A stretch of DNA of 36,272 nt from Pseudomonadota bacterium (GTDB taxonomy: Bacteria > Campylobacterota > Campylobacteria > Campylobacterales > Sulfurovaceae), in NCBI GenBank assembly GCA_041163165.1, contig JBEARN010000001.1, positions 1-36,272 of the forward strand, read 5' to 3'. Under the pieces are notes generated by a model. It searched no databases. It had not been told where the DNA came from and saw only the letters and a list, made by a program, of their open reading frames with translations. Below are positions 18,496 through 27,729 of this stretch, piece after piece (the first letter of the stretch is position 1; every line of letters begins with the position of its first letter). The position numbers were made by a program, and so were the translations under genes.

Positions 18496-19917
18496 ATGAA
18501 AAAAATCACTAAAGTACTGATCGCCAATCGTGGCGAGATCGCTTTACGAATCATCCGTGCCTGCAAAGAGCTAAACATCCAGAGTGTGGCTATCTATTCA
18601 GAAGTAGATAAAGAAGGGGTGTGGACGATCAAAGCAGATGAAGCGCATCTGATCAAAGGGGATGTGCTCCAAGCGTATCTGAATTATGAAAATATCATCG
18701 AACTTGCCAAAGCAACTAAATGTGATGCGATCCATCCCGGATACGGTTTTCTTTCGGAAAATGCGGAATTTGCTGAAGCATGTGATAAAAATGGGATTAT
18801 TTTTATAGGTCCTAGAGCAGAACATATCGCACTTTTCGGAGACAAGATCGCTTCCAAAATCGCGATGAAAAAAGTGGGTGTGCCAGTGCTTGAAGGGACA
18901 GACGAGCCTATCTTGGATCAAAAAGAGGGAGCAAAAATCGCTGGGGAGATCGGATTTCCCGTCATTATAAAAGCTGCTTTTGGTGGCGGTGGGAGAGGAA
19001 TGAGGATCGTTCATAAAGCAAGTGACTTTGATGCGATGTTCACCAGTGCAACCAACGAAGCAATCAAATTTTTCGGGAAAGGTGAAGTCTTTATCGAAAA
19101 ATATGTCGAAAATCCAAGACACATCGAAGTGCAAATTATGGCAGACAAATACGGGAACGTGGTGCACCTTGGCGAGCGTGATTGTTCGATCCAGCGAAGA
19201 CACCAAAAAGTGATCGAGATCGCCCCTTCTCCCCGCCTAAACGATGAAGTGCGTAAAGAACTTTTCCGTATCTCAACCAAAGCGATGTTTAAACTCGGGT
19301 ATGAGAGCGTAGGAACGATCGAATTTTTGCTTGACGAAAACGACACGATCTATTTTATCGAGATGAACACGCGTGTACAGGTAGAACACCCTGTTACTGA
19401 GATCATCAGCGGGGTTGATATCATCCAAAGAATGATAGAGATTGCCGAAGGCGATAAGCTCAAATTTATGCAGGAAGAGATCAAATTCAAAGGGTATGCC
19501 ATCGAATTTAGGATCAATGCAGAAAATCCGGAAAACAATTTTATGCCTTCAAGCGGAACCATCAGTGCGTATCTTACCCCTGGAGGTCCAGGGGTAAGAC
19601 TTGATACAAGTGCCTATGCAGGATATACTGTTCCGACAAATTATGACTCGATGATCGGCAAGCTCATCGTTTGGGCGCTTGATTGGGAAGGTGCAGTCAA
19701 CAAAGGAAGACGTGCACTAGATGAATTTATGATCGAAGGGCTGCCGACCAATATACCACTCCACCAACAAATCGTCAGAGATGAAGACTTTATCGAAGGA
19801 AAACTTACCACCAATTATTTGGACAAAAAACTTCCTAAGTTTCAAGTGGTCAACCCGGAGACAAAAAAAGCGATCGACAGTAAACTGAAAACGATTTTTT
19901 CGAAATTTCTTTTTTAA
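18496..19917 (+). CDS. Biotin carboxylase subunit (AccC / PycA / 2-oxoglutarate carboxylase small-subunit family)
   Basis: ANRGEIA, HPGYGFLSEN, GGGGRG, RDCSIQRRHQK, EMNTRVQVEHPVTE and YDSMIGKL motifs. TATAAT at 18461-18466 and SD AAGGA. Confidence 0.93.
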   Translation: MKKITKVLIANRGEIALRIIRACKELNIQSVAIYSEVDKEGVWTIKADEAHLIKGDVLQAYLNYENIIELAKATKCDAIHPGYGFLSENAEFAEACDKNGIIFIGPRAEHIALFGDKIASKIAMKKVGVPVLEGTDEPILDQKEGAKIAGEIGFPVIIKAAFGGGGRGMRIVHKASDFDAMFTSATNEAIKFFGKGEVFIEKYVENPRHIEVQIMADKYGNVVHLGERDCSIQRRHQKVIEIAPSPRLNDEVRKELFRISTKAMFKLGYESVGTIEFLLDENDTIYFIEMNTRVQVEHPVTEIISGVDIIQRMIEIAEGDKLKFMQEEIKFKGYAIEFRINAENPENNFMPSSGTISAYLTPGGPGVRLDTSAYAGYTVPTNYDSMIGKLIVWALDWEGAVNKGRRALDEFMIEGLPTNIPLHQQIVRDEDFIEGKLTTNYLDKKLPKFQVVNPETKKAIDSKLKTIFSKFLF

Positions 19918-19957
19918 AGGGAAATAGCAAGATCAACCAATCACCAAAGGAGCAAAG

Positions 19958-20653
19958 ATGGCTATAGATGAACTCATTGAAGGGAATATCGTCTTTCAAC
20001 ACGCTTCGTTTAAATACTTCGAAAAAGATTTTAATGCGCTGGTGGAAAAAGGGCAACATCCAGAAGTCCTTTTCATCGGATGCAGTGACAGCAGGATCGT
20101 ACCTGATCTTATCGTCAACTCAAAACCAGGTGATATGTTCATCTTGCGCAATATCGGAAATTTCGTCCCGCCATTTAAAGCAGACAATGATTTTCATGGA
20201 AGTGCTGCCGTCATAGAATATGCCGTTTCACTACTCAATGTAAAACACATCATTGTCTGTGGACACTCTTATTGCGGTGCTTGCCAAGCACTTTATGGAG
20301 AACTCGATCAAGGGATCGGACTGATCCACTTACGAAAATGGCTCGAACTCGGACAAAAGGCAAAAGCCGATGTGATGACACACTTTTCTTTCCTGACGCA
20401 AGAAGAGATGTATCGAAAAACAGAACAACTATCAGTCATGTATCAGCTTGAAAATCTTCTTACGTATCCAGAGATTAGGAAAAAAGTTGCCACTCGGGAG
20501 ATAGAACTTCATGGGTGGTACTACAAAATAGAAGATGGGACGATCCAAACATACGATAAAAAAACCAAATCTTTTGAAAAAATGCAAGAAGAGATAGCCC
20601 CCCATGGAACCGTCATGAATTTCGAAAAATCTGCTGTGGTGTTAGGGAAGTGA
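19958..20653 (+). CDS. Beta-class carbonic anhydrase
   Basis: Zn ligands in CSDSR and GHSYCGA, plus RNIGN, IEYAV and HGWYY. SD AAGGAG. Confidence 0.95.
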   Translation: MAIDELIEGNIVFQHASFKYFEKDFNALVEKGQHPEVLFIGCSDSRIVPDLIVNSKPGDMFILRNIGNFVPPFKADNDFHGSAAVIEYAVSLLNVKHIIVCGHSYCGACQALYGELDQGIGLIHLRKWLELGQKAKADVMTHFSFLTQEEMYRKTEQLSVMYQLENLLTYPEIRKKVATREIELHGWYYKIEDGTIQTYDKKTKSFEKMQEEIAPHGTVMNFEKSAVVLGK

Positions 20654-20663
20654 AGTGTAGGAC

Positions 20664-20709
20664 TGAGGGAGCATGTGACACAAAAAATGTCACTGGATGC
20701 ACTCCCTCA
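20664..20709. terminator. Long stem-loop between convergent carbonic anhydrase and tsf
   Basis: TGAGGGAG...GTGACA-CAAAAAA-TGTCAC...CTCCCTCA. Confidence 0.6.
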
Positions 20710-20740
20710 AAAAAGGGGGGGGAATAAAAGAGAAAAACGA

Positions 20741-21802
20741 TTATCCCATTTGTGCAGCAACTTCTGCTGCGAAATCTTCTTCCACTACCTCGATACCTTC
20801 GCCCACTTCAAGTCTTACGAAGTGTACGATCTCAGCTGATCCGCCAGCCGCTTTTGCTTTGTCTTGGATGTATTCAAATACAGTTTTGCTATCATCCATT
20901 ACAAATTTTTGATCCAAAAGACACTGCTCTTGGTCAAGCGTAGTGTTGTCTGAGATAAATCTTGACAATTTACCTGGAAGGATTTTGTCCCAGATTTGCT
21001 CAGGTTTACCTTCTGCTTTAAGCTCATCTTTCAACATCGATTCTGCCACCGCAAGGACATCTTCAGTCAACTGGCTCATAGAGATGTATTGAGGAATGTT
21101 TTTGAGTGTTTTACCCAATCTTTTCAACTCTTCATTCTCTTTTTCGATCGCAATGATTCTACCTTGCGTCTCTTCCGCTACATACTGAGGATCAAAATCT
21201 TTGTATGAAAGTGTTCTTGGAGACATTGCTGCTGCATGCATCGCTACATCTTTAAGCACTGGCACCATTGCCGCTGCCGTCTGAGCTGAATCACATTTTG
21301 CTTCGATAATCACACCATTTTGACCATTTGAGTGGACATAACCATTTACCGCTGTTGTTTCATCGCCAGTGATAAGCGCCGCTCTTCTTACATCAAGTTT
21401 TTCACCGATCGTTGCGATTTGAAGTGAAAGATACTCAGAGAATGGCTGACCATCGATCGTAGAAGCAGCAATCGCTTCTGCATCTTTAAGATTGTTTGCA
21501 AATGCATGGTCTACTACTTTGTTAAGCATCGCTTTGAACTTATCGTTTTGTGCCACGAAGTCTGTTTGAGAGTTGATCTCAACGATCACCGCTTTGCTAC
21601 CTTCAACTTTAATACCGATTGAACCTTCAGCAGCCACTTTGTTTGCTTTTTTAGCAGCAGCACCCATACCTTGGTCTCTCAACCAAGCTACAGCTTTATC
21701 CATATCACCGTCAGCTTCAGTCAAAGCTTTTTTGCAGTCCATCATCCCCGCATCGGTCATCTCTCTTAGTTTTTTTACTTCTTTAGGTCCAAAGTTTGCC
21801 AT
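20741..21802 (-). CDS. tsf: Elongation factor Ts
   Basis: VKKLREMTDAGMMDCKKAL, EINSQTDFVA and EDFAAEVAAQ motifs. Follows rpsB. Confidence 0.98.
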   Translation of the reverse strand: MANFGPKEVKKLREMTDAGMMDCKKALTEADGDMDKAVAWLRDQGMGAAAKKANKVAAEGSIGIKVEGSKAVIVEINSQTDFVAQNDKFKAMLNKVVDHAFANNLKDAEAIAASTIDGQPFSEYLSLQIATIGEKLDVRRAALITGDETTAVNGYVHSNGQNGVIIEAKCDSAQTAAAMVPVLKDVAMHAAAMSPRTLSYKDFDPQYVAEETQGRIIAIEKENEELKRLGKTLKNIPQYISMSQLTEDVLAVAESMLKDELKAEGKPEQIWDKILPGKLSRFISDNTTLDQEQCLLDQKFVMDDSKTVFEYIQDKAKAAGGSAEIVHFVRLEVGEGIEVVEEDFAAEVAAQMG

Positions 21803-21804
21803 GT

Positions 21805-22767
21805 TTACGCTCCTGCCAATTCTTTTGCTTCAGCAATCGCTTCTGCTTTTACTTTAAAATTTGCAGCATCTTCTTCACCCATAGCAGCGATTTGTGCATA
21901 AGTCGTGAAACCTGCTTCATTCAACTTTTCGCTACCTACTTTACCGATGCCTGAAAGTTTTGTTAAATCATCTGCTTTTGCGGCTGCTTTTTTTTCTACC
22001 GGTGCTTCTTCTGATGTAGATTCCGCCATCACTTCTTCGATCTCATTGTTGCTAGCTACGACCTCTACCTCTTCACCGTGCGCTTCAGCATAGATCGCTC
22101 TTCCTTCGATCATCGCTTCAGCCATCTCTTTACAGAAAAGCTCGATCGAACGGATCGCATCGTCATTTCCTGGGATCGGATAATCTACCATATCAGGATC
22201 GCAGTTTGTATCAAGCGGAGCAACCACCTTCATACCAAGTCTTCTAGCTTCTTGCACTGCAATGTGCTCTTTCACCGCATCGATAACGAACATCATATCT
22301 GGAAGTTTTTTCATGTGTCTGAAACCTTCAAGATAAGAGCTTAGCTTCTCTTTGGTTCTTCTGAGCATCAACGCTTCTTTTTTAGTCAAAAGGTTGATTT
22401 GCCCTGTCTCTTCCATCTGCTCGATGATCTCAAGTTTTCTGATAGATTTTTTCATCGTTGGGTAGTTTGTCAACATACCACCTAACCATCTTGTTGAAAC
22501 ATATGGCATACCACATCTTTCTGCGTGATCTTTGATCGCTTGTTGCGCTTGTTTTTTAGTCCCTACGAAAATCATCGTTTTACCTTCAGCCGCAGCGTCT
22601 CTTACGATGTTGTATGTGTATTTGAAATATCTAAGTGTTTTTTGTAAGTCAATAATATAGATGTTTTTTCTTGCACCGAAAATGAATTTTTTCATTTTTG
22701 GATTCCATCTTCTTGTTTGGTGTCCGAAGTGCACACCGCACTCGAGTAAGTCTTTCATTGTTACCAT
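21805..22767 (-). CDS. rpsB: 30S ribosomal protein S2 with C-terminal helix-hairpin-helix extension
   Basis: [37 protein letters not shown] and PGNDDAIRS motifs. Start at the ATG at 22767 (SD AAGGAG), not 22803. Confidence 0.97.
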   Translation of the reverse strand: MVTMKDLLECGVHFGHQTRRWNPKMKKFIFGARKNIYIIDLQKTLRYFKYTYNIVRDAAAEGKTMIFVGTKKQAQQAIKDHAERCGMPYVSTRWLGGMLTNYPTMKKSIRKLEIIEQMEETGQINLLTKKEALMLRRTKEKLSSYLEGFRHMKKLPDMMFVIDAVKEHIAVQEARRLGMKVVAPLDTNCDPDMVDYPIPGNDDAIRSIELFCKEMAEAMIEGRAIYAEAHGEEVEVVASNNEIEEVMAESTSEEAPVEKKAAAKADDLTKLSGIGKVGSEKLNEAGFTTYAQIAAMGEEDAANFKVKAEAIAEAKELAGA

Positions 22768-22945
22768 AATTTTCTCCTTGGTATAACTACTATTGCCATG
22801 CAATAGGGTTTAAAGCTACAGCTTCATATCGGGTTTGCAACCAATGCAGTCTTGTAAATGTCTTTACGACACAACCGTCACAAGGATGACCACATCTGAA
22901 TTTCCGGTTTTAACACGCGGATCGTGCTACTTAGATTCAAGTAGG
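22768..22945 (-). promoter_or_regulatory. Long structured rpsB 5' leader (candidate S2 autoregulatory RNA)
   Basis: Minus-strand TATAAT at 22957-22952 implies a leader of about 180 nt. Hairpins include TACTT..AAGTA, TAGCACG-ATCCG-CGTGTTA and CTATTGC-ATG-GCAATAG. rpsB leaders are autoregulatory in other bacteria. Confidence 0.5.
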
Positions 22946-22984
22946 ATTGGGATTATATCGAAATTAATTTAAGATTATATAAAT

Positions 22985-23004
22985 GGGTATCGAAGAAGAT
23001 ACCC
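22985..23004 (-). terminator. Stem-loop downstream of bcp
   Basis: GGGTATC-GAAGAA-GATACCC, 16 nt past the bcp stop. The U-tract is weak. Confidence 0.45.
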
Positions 23005-23020
23005 TGATGAGGATTTGACG

Positions 23021-23488
23021 TTATGCTTGAAATGATTCTAATTTGGATTTGACCTCATCCACATGCCCTTTGACTTTCACATTTTCCCAGGCAGCAGCGA
23101 CTTTTCCTTCGGGATTGATGATGAAGGTTGAACGTACCACACCCATATACTCTTTTCCATAATTTTTCTTTAACTGCCATACCCCGAAAGCATTGCAAAG
23201 CGACTTCTCTTCATCTGCAAGTAGTGTGATCTTCAAGGCTTGTTTTTCGATGAAGTTTCGATGTTGTTTAGGCGAATCTGGGCTTACCCCCAAGACAATC
23301 GCGGAAAGGTCTTCGAAGTTTGGTAACGCTGCTGTAAAATCACACGCTTCAGTAGTGCAGCCAGGAGTACTGTCTTTAGGATAAAAATAAAGGACAATCC
23401 ACTTTCCTTTAATGTCCCTAAAACAAATCTCCTCTTCATCCTGATTTGGCAAACAAAAATTCTCTACTTTCGTTCCGACTTCTACCAT
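23021..23488 (-). CDS. bcp: Thioredoxin-dependent peroxiredoxin BCP/PrxQ
   Basis: YFYPKDSTPGCTTEAC, GVSPD and RSTF motifs. Confidence 0.96.
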   Translation of the reverse strand: MVEVGTKVENFCLPNQDEEEICFRDIKGKWIVLYFYPKDSTPGCTTEACDFTAALPNFEDLSAIVLGVSPDSPKQHRNFIEKQALKITLLADEEKSLCNAFGVWQLKKNYGKEYMGVVRSTFIINPEGKVAAAWENVKVKGHVDEVKSKLESFQA

Positions 23489-23600
23489 GAACTATCCTTT
23501 GCTATTTCTTTTCGAGTAGTATAACCAAACGAACTAAAATAAGATAATCATAGGCGCAAAAGAGAACCTATCTTTACAGGCTTTTGGATATAATCCGAAG

Positions 23601-24638
23601 ATGGATTTGGTTTTTATTCTGCTTATTTTGACAGTACTAGCGGTTACGCTTTTTGACTTTACAAATGGCTTTCACGATGCTGCTGATATGGTTGCCACAG
23701 CCATTGCGTCGGGTGCGATGACTCCGACCGTTGCGATTTTAATTGTCAGCTTTTTCACATTTATCGCTCCCTTTTGGGGAAGCCTTGCCGTTGCGGATAC
23801 GGTTGGCGGGTTTGTCTCTATCGATGGTATAGAAAGCATCAGAGCGCAGAGTATCATACTGTCGGCTATCCTCGCAGCGATCACATACAATTTGACTACA
23901 TGGAAACTTGGTCTTCCCTCCTCCTCTACAAACTCTCTTGTGGGAGGGTTGATTGGCGCCGGACTCTACGGCATAGGATCAAGCTCTATACATTGGGGGA
24001 TTGACACATTGGGTGCAGGCGAACTCACAGGCGTAATGAAAATAATTGTGGGACTTTTTTTCTCCCCTTTTTCAGGTTTTGTGATAGGTTTTTTGCTGAT
24101 GAAAATATTTCTAAAACTTTTTAGAAGACTGACTGTGCGAAACCGAAAATTTTTCATCTTCAGCCAATACATCAGCATCTCATGGCTTGGCTTTTCTCAT
24201 GGTGCAAATGATGCGCAAAAAGGGATGGCGATCATCGCCATGGTACTTTTAGCCAGCGGTATCACCGATACATTTACTATCCCAGATTGGGCAATAGTGC
24301 TTTGTACGTCTGCCATTACAGCAGGCACTTTGTTTGGGGGTTGGCGGATTATTAAGACGCTTGGATTTGAGATTATCAAGGTAAAAACGATTCACTCTTT
24401 TACGGATCAAATAGGCGCAGCGTTTATCAACAGTATCGCAACTTCTATCGGTGCGCCCACCTCTACGACGCAGGTCGTTACTGCAACGCTCTTTGGTATC
24501 GGTGCAGCGGAAAATCCAAAACACGTTCGCTGGAAAAAGGCTTTGTCCATTATAGGCGGTTGGTTTATCAATATACCTCTATCCATAGGATTGGGTGCCA
24601 TCTATTGTATGATATTTTTATCAATTTTCACTTCATAA
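23601..24638 (+). CDS. PiT-family inorganic phosphate transporter
   Basis: NGFHDAAD, GLPSSST, HGANDAQK.M and P.STTQ motifs with multiple TMs. Confidence 0.92.
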   Translation: MDLVFILLILTVLAVTLFDFTNGFHDAADMVATAIASGAMTPTVAILIVSFFTFIAPFWGSLAVADTVGGFVSIDGIESIRAQSIILSAILAAITYNLTTWKLGLPSSSTNSLVGGLIGAGLYGIGSSSIHWGIDTLGAGELTGVMKIIVGLFFSPFSGFVIGFLLMKIFLKLFRRLTVRNRKFFIFSQYISISWLGFSHGANDAQKGMAIIAMVLLASGITDTFTIPDWAIVLCTSAITAGTLFGGWRIIKTLGFEIIKVKTIHSFTDQIGAAFINSIATSIGAPTSTTQVVTATLFGIGAAENPKHVRWKKALSIIGGWFINIPLSIGLGAIYCMIFLSIFTS

Positions 24639-24661
24639 CACCATTACAAGGAGAAACAAAG

Positions 24662-25291
24662 TTGAATATAAAATCACTATTTAAAAAATATATCGTCCCT
24701 CATGAAATTGATTTCATAGAGATACTCCAGCAGCAATCCCAAGCAACCCATAAAATGATAGAAGATCTCTACGACTGTTTCATCCATGAGAAGGAAACGA
24801 GTTGCGACTCCATCATTGAAGATGAGCACAACACAGAGCGTATCAAAGAAAAAAATATGCATACGATGCTGAATGCTTTCATTACACCGATTGACAGAGA
24901 ATCAATCTATCGTGCGATTACCCAGCTGAACTGGGTTTCGATATCCGTCAAACATTTCGTGCAAGAGACAAAAGCTTACGAGATAGATAGACTCCCGCAA
25001 TACAAAGAGATATTTGATCTCATATATGATTCAAGCAAAAACCTTAAGGAGGGTTTTGACTTTTTAAGCGAACCCAATCATGCAAAAGTAGCTAGAAAAG
25101 CTGACAAAACGAGAAATTTAGGTGATAAGATCAGTCAAGCATACATCAAAGAGATGGTAGAGCTGACAAAAAGCGATGATATCAAATACATGTTCATACA
25201 CAAAGAGATATTGTCCCAACTCAAAGAGATAGGAAAAAGGTTGCATGTCAGTGCCAACACACTCCAAGATATCGTCATAAAGATGGATTAA
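24662..25291 (+). CDS. DUF47 / PhoU-like phosphate transport regulator
   Basis: FITPIDRE motif and adjacency to pit. Start set at TTG 24662 after SD AAGGAG, since the ORF-track start at 24560 overlaps pit. Confidence 0.85.
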   Translation: MNIKSLFKKYIVPHEIDFIEILQQQSQATHKMIEDLYDCFIHEKETSCDSIIEDEHNTERIKEKNMHTMLNAFITPIDRESIYRAITQLNWVSISVKHFVQETKAYEIDRLPQYKEIFDLIYDSSKNLKEGFDFLSEPNHAKVARKADKTRNLGDKISQAYIKEMVELTKSDDIKYMFIHKEILSQLKEIGKRLHVSANTLQDIVIKMD

Positions 25292-25324
25292 GAAACGGGC
25301 AGATATTTTTGTTAAAATAGCACC

Positions 25325-25540
25325 ATGAATAAAGAAAAAAAACCAACCAAAGAGAGTCTGCTCTCTGATATCGAAAAACTCATCGCTTACGGGCGCGAAG
25401 AGGCGACCATCAATCCTGCTCTGCTTGCTTATCTAGAAGTAGAAGATCTCATCAACACCAAGAAAAAACTCTTAGAACGAGTTGGCTCGCTGAGCGAAGA
25501 AGACAAAGAGTGGTTGCAACAGTTCAAAAAATTTGAATGA
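25325..25540 (+). CDS. Small hypothetical protein (71 aa)
   Basis: Protein-like composition. TGtTAAAAT ends 6 nt before the ATG. Confidence 0.7.
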   Translation: MNKEKKPTKESLLSDIEKLIAYGREEATINPALLAYLEVEDLINTKKKLLERVGSLSEEDKEWLQQFKKFE

Positions 25541-25558
25541 AAACTGGTCATTGGAGAC

Positions 25559-25613
25559 GTCATTCCGAACTTGATTCGGAATCTAAATAAAAGCATTGCT
25601 CTGCAATGCCTAC
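25559..25613. repeat. Two REP-like palindromes between convergent genes
   Basis: GTC-ATTCCGAA-CTTGA-TTCGGAAT-CT (25559-25584) and GCATTGC-TCT-GCAATGC-CTAC (25593-25613), which reads GTAG plus hairpin on the minus strand. Confidence 0.6.
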
Positions 25614-25632
25614 AAAACCTACTATCTCCTAT

Positions 25633-27093
25633 CTACTCCGTTCTACGTTGATTTGAGCCCCTCAAATCAACTGATCGGTCAAATTCAATATTATACTTTT
25701 CAAGTATACTTTTCTGTTTAGATAACGCTTCTTCTCTATCGATAATCACTTTAACCCCATCATTATCTTCTAAAACGATATACTCTGTCTTAGCCGAATC
25801 CATCAAATCGTAAAATTCTTTAAAGTTTTTAAATGGCACACCATTGACTTTATCGATAGGCCACATGGCAAAGTCATTGTCTCCTCTACTTATATCAGAA
25901 GCCAATACTTTCAAAAGCACCACCACTTCATTCTTCTCTTTCTCTTGCCATCTTCCTGCCAAATAACTCAGTGCCAAACGGTTGCGCTGGGTAGAAACGA
26001 TCAAGTTTCTTGTCAAGGGAGAAAACACATAACTCCCATAGACAAAATAAGTAGGCATCTCATCATACCGTGTTGTTTTAACCAGATACATATCATCTGC
26101 CATATATTTCAAGTCAGCTTCCACTTGCATATTTTTCTTATCTCTGATGATGTCAAGCTTCACTTTTTCACCCATTTGATACGCATCTATAAAGTATTGG
26201 TAATGGGTAAACTCATGTTTGCGAAATTCTACCGTACCGTCATTTTCAACCCTATGTCCATCGACTGCCGTCAAGATATCACCCTCTTGCAACTCCCCTG
26301 CCAAAGAAGAGTTGTGGACCACTTTAACGACCAGTTTTCCCGTGACATTATCATCCAGTCCATAGTAGCGACGCATTGCAGGATTTTCAAGCTTTTGTGT
26401 CCCTAAGCCAAGGTCAGCAAAACCATCATAGGTACCATCTTTCATATCTTCGATAAAATGTTTCACCAAATTGACCGGTACGAGATAACCTATGTTTTGC
26501 GACTTGCTAATCACCTGCATCACAACACCAACGATTTTGCCATCGGAAAGTGCTGGACCTCCAGAATTTCCGGGGTTTACTGCAGCATCGACTTGCACCG
26601 CTAAAAAAGATTCTCCACTATGCGCATAGACAGAATGCTCCACACGAGAAACCACTCCGATCGTAGCTGAGAGCGTGTTCCCTCCCATGGGGTATCCATA
26701 GACTACCACCCTTTGCTCTACATCGGGCAACGTTCCAAATGTCAGTGGCTTCACCCCCTCAAAAAACGCTTTTTCTTCTACTTTCAAAAGTGCGAGATCA
26801 GCTTGATGCGAAACGGCATGCACCTTGGCAATATACCGCTTGCTCTCGCCATAGCGTTGCACTTCTATGAAGGATTGGTTCGCAACCACATGGGCATTCG
26901 TAAGGATATATTCTCCCTGGATGATCGCTCCAGAACCGGTGATGCTTAGGGTTGAGGTATTCCAAGGTTCTTGGTAGTTGGGGACTTTTGATGTGGTATA
27001 AATCTTTACGATCGCTTCTTTGGTCCCATAATCATACGATGCTTGTGCCATCAAAAATGAAGCGAAAACGATCATCATCCATACCCATCTCAT
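25633..27093 (-). CDS. HtrA/Deg-type serine protease (trypsin + PDZ + C-terminal PDZ-like domain), exported
   Basis: Catalytic triad in TNAHVV, ADLALL and NPGNSGG, a signal peptide, and a PDZ region (GDILTAVDG). Confidence 0.9.
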   Translation of the reverse strand: MRWVWMMIVFASFLMAQASYDYGTKEAIVKIYTTSKVPNYQEPWNTSTLSITGSGAIIQGEYILTNAHVVANQSFIEVQRYGESKRYIAKVHAVSHQADLALLKVEEKAFFEGVKPLTFGTLPDVEQRVVVYGYPMGGNTLSATIGVVSRVEHSVYAHSGESFLAVQVDAAVNPGNSGGPALSDGKIVGVVMQVISKSQNIGYLVPVNLVKHFIEDMKDGTYDGFADLGLGTQKLENPAMRRYYGLDDNVTGKLVVKVVHNSSLAGELQEGDILTAVDGHRVENDGTVEFRKHEFTHYQYFIDAYQMGEKVKLDIIRDKKNMQVEADLKYMADDMYLVKTTRYDEMPTYFVYGSYVFSPLTRNLIVSTQRNRLALSYLAGRWQEKEKNEVVVLLKVLASDISRGDNDFAMWPIDKVNGVPFKNFKEFYDLMDSAKTEYIVLEDNDGVKVIIDREEALSKQKSILEKYNIEFDRSVDLRGSNQRRTE

Positions 27094-27181
27094 TCGGATC
27101 CCTTAAAGCATTTTATATCTCATGGAGAAACAACTCTTTTTCTTCCCAAAACAAAGGAAGAAATGGTCACTTTAGTATTTC

Positions 27182-27652
27182 TTAAAAAACAAAAAGGAGC
27201 ATATAAACCCAAGCCCCTGTAAGCATCGTAAAGATGATACCTATAAATGTACGCTGTCCATCTTTTTTATGCATTTTAGAATAACTTCCCGGAAGTGGAT
27301 TTTTTCTTGCAAAATAGAGTGTTTTAACCCATAAAATAAGTGTCACTACCGAAATGGCGATATGGAAAATCAACACATAAAGCAAATACGCATGCGAAAC
27401 AGAACTTCCCTCCATCAATGCCTTATATCCACCTTCTAAACGTACACCATATTCAAAGAAAGCGACTACGATCACCGAAACGATAAAGAGCAATTTTTGC
27501 ACACTCTCATGGGCACTGTAGTTTTTCATCTTTGCAAGGCTGATCGCCCCATAAATCAAAAAAGGCAACACCAAAACAATCACCGATACAATATCCATAA
27601 AGAGCGGTGCTCTTGTCCCTAAAAATCCTGTTTGAAATAAAACTTCCTGCAT
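27182..27652 (-). CDS. DUF420-family membrane protein
   Basis: Four TMs with His motifs (H..VQ, FHI, H.K.G) and SD AGGAG. Confidence 0.7.
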   Translation of the reverse strand: MQEVLFQTGFLGTRAPLFMDIVSVIVLVLPFLIYGAISLAKMKNYSAHESVQKLLFIVSVIVVAFFEYGVRLEGGYKALMEGSSVSHAYLLYVLIFHIAISVVTLILWVKTLYFARKNPLPGSYSKMHKKDGQRTFIGIIFTMLTGAWVYMLLFVF

Positions 27653-27729
27653 GTAAAAACTCCTAAATTTTTTCTAATAGAATAGCACAATAGCGCTAAA
27701 TTTTGTAAGCCTAAAATGGGTATTCATGC

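Noticed and set aside
20715-20722. G8 homopolymer as a phase-variation tract
   Set aside because: It lies between two convergent stop codons, outside any supported CDS or promoter. The 20697-20912 ORF containing it is antisense to tsf and unsupported.
20741-21802. Unusually long EF-Ts (353 aa)
   Set aside because: An internal insertion giving about 350 aa is normal for Campylobacterota EF-Ts.
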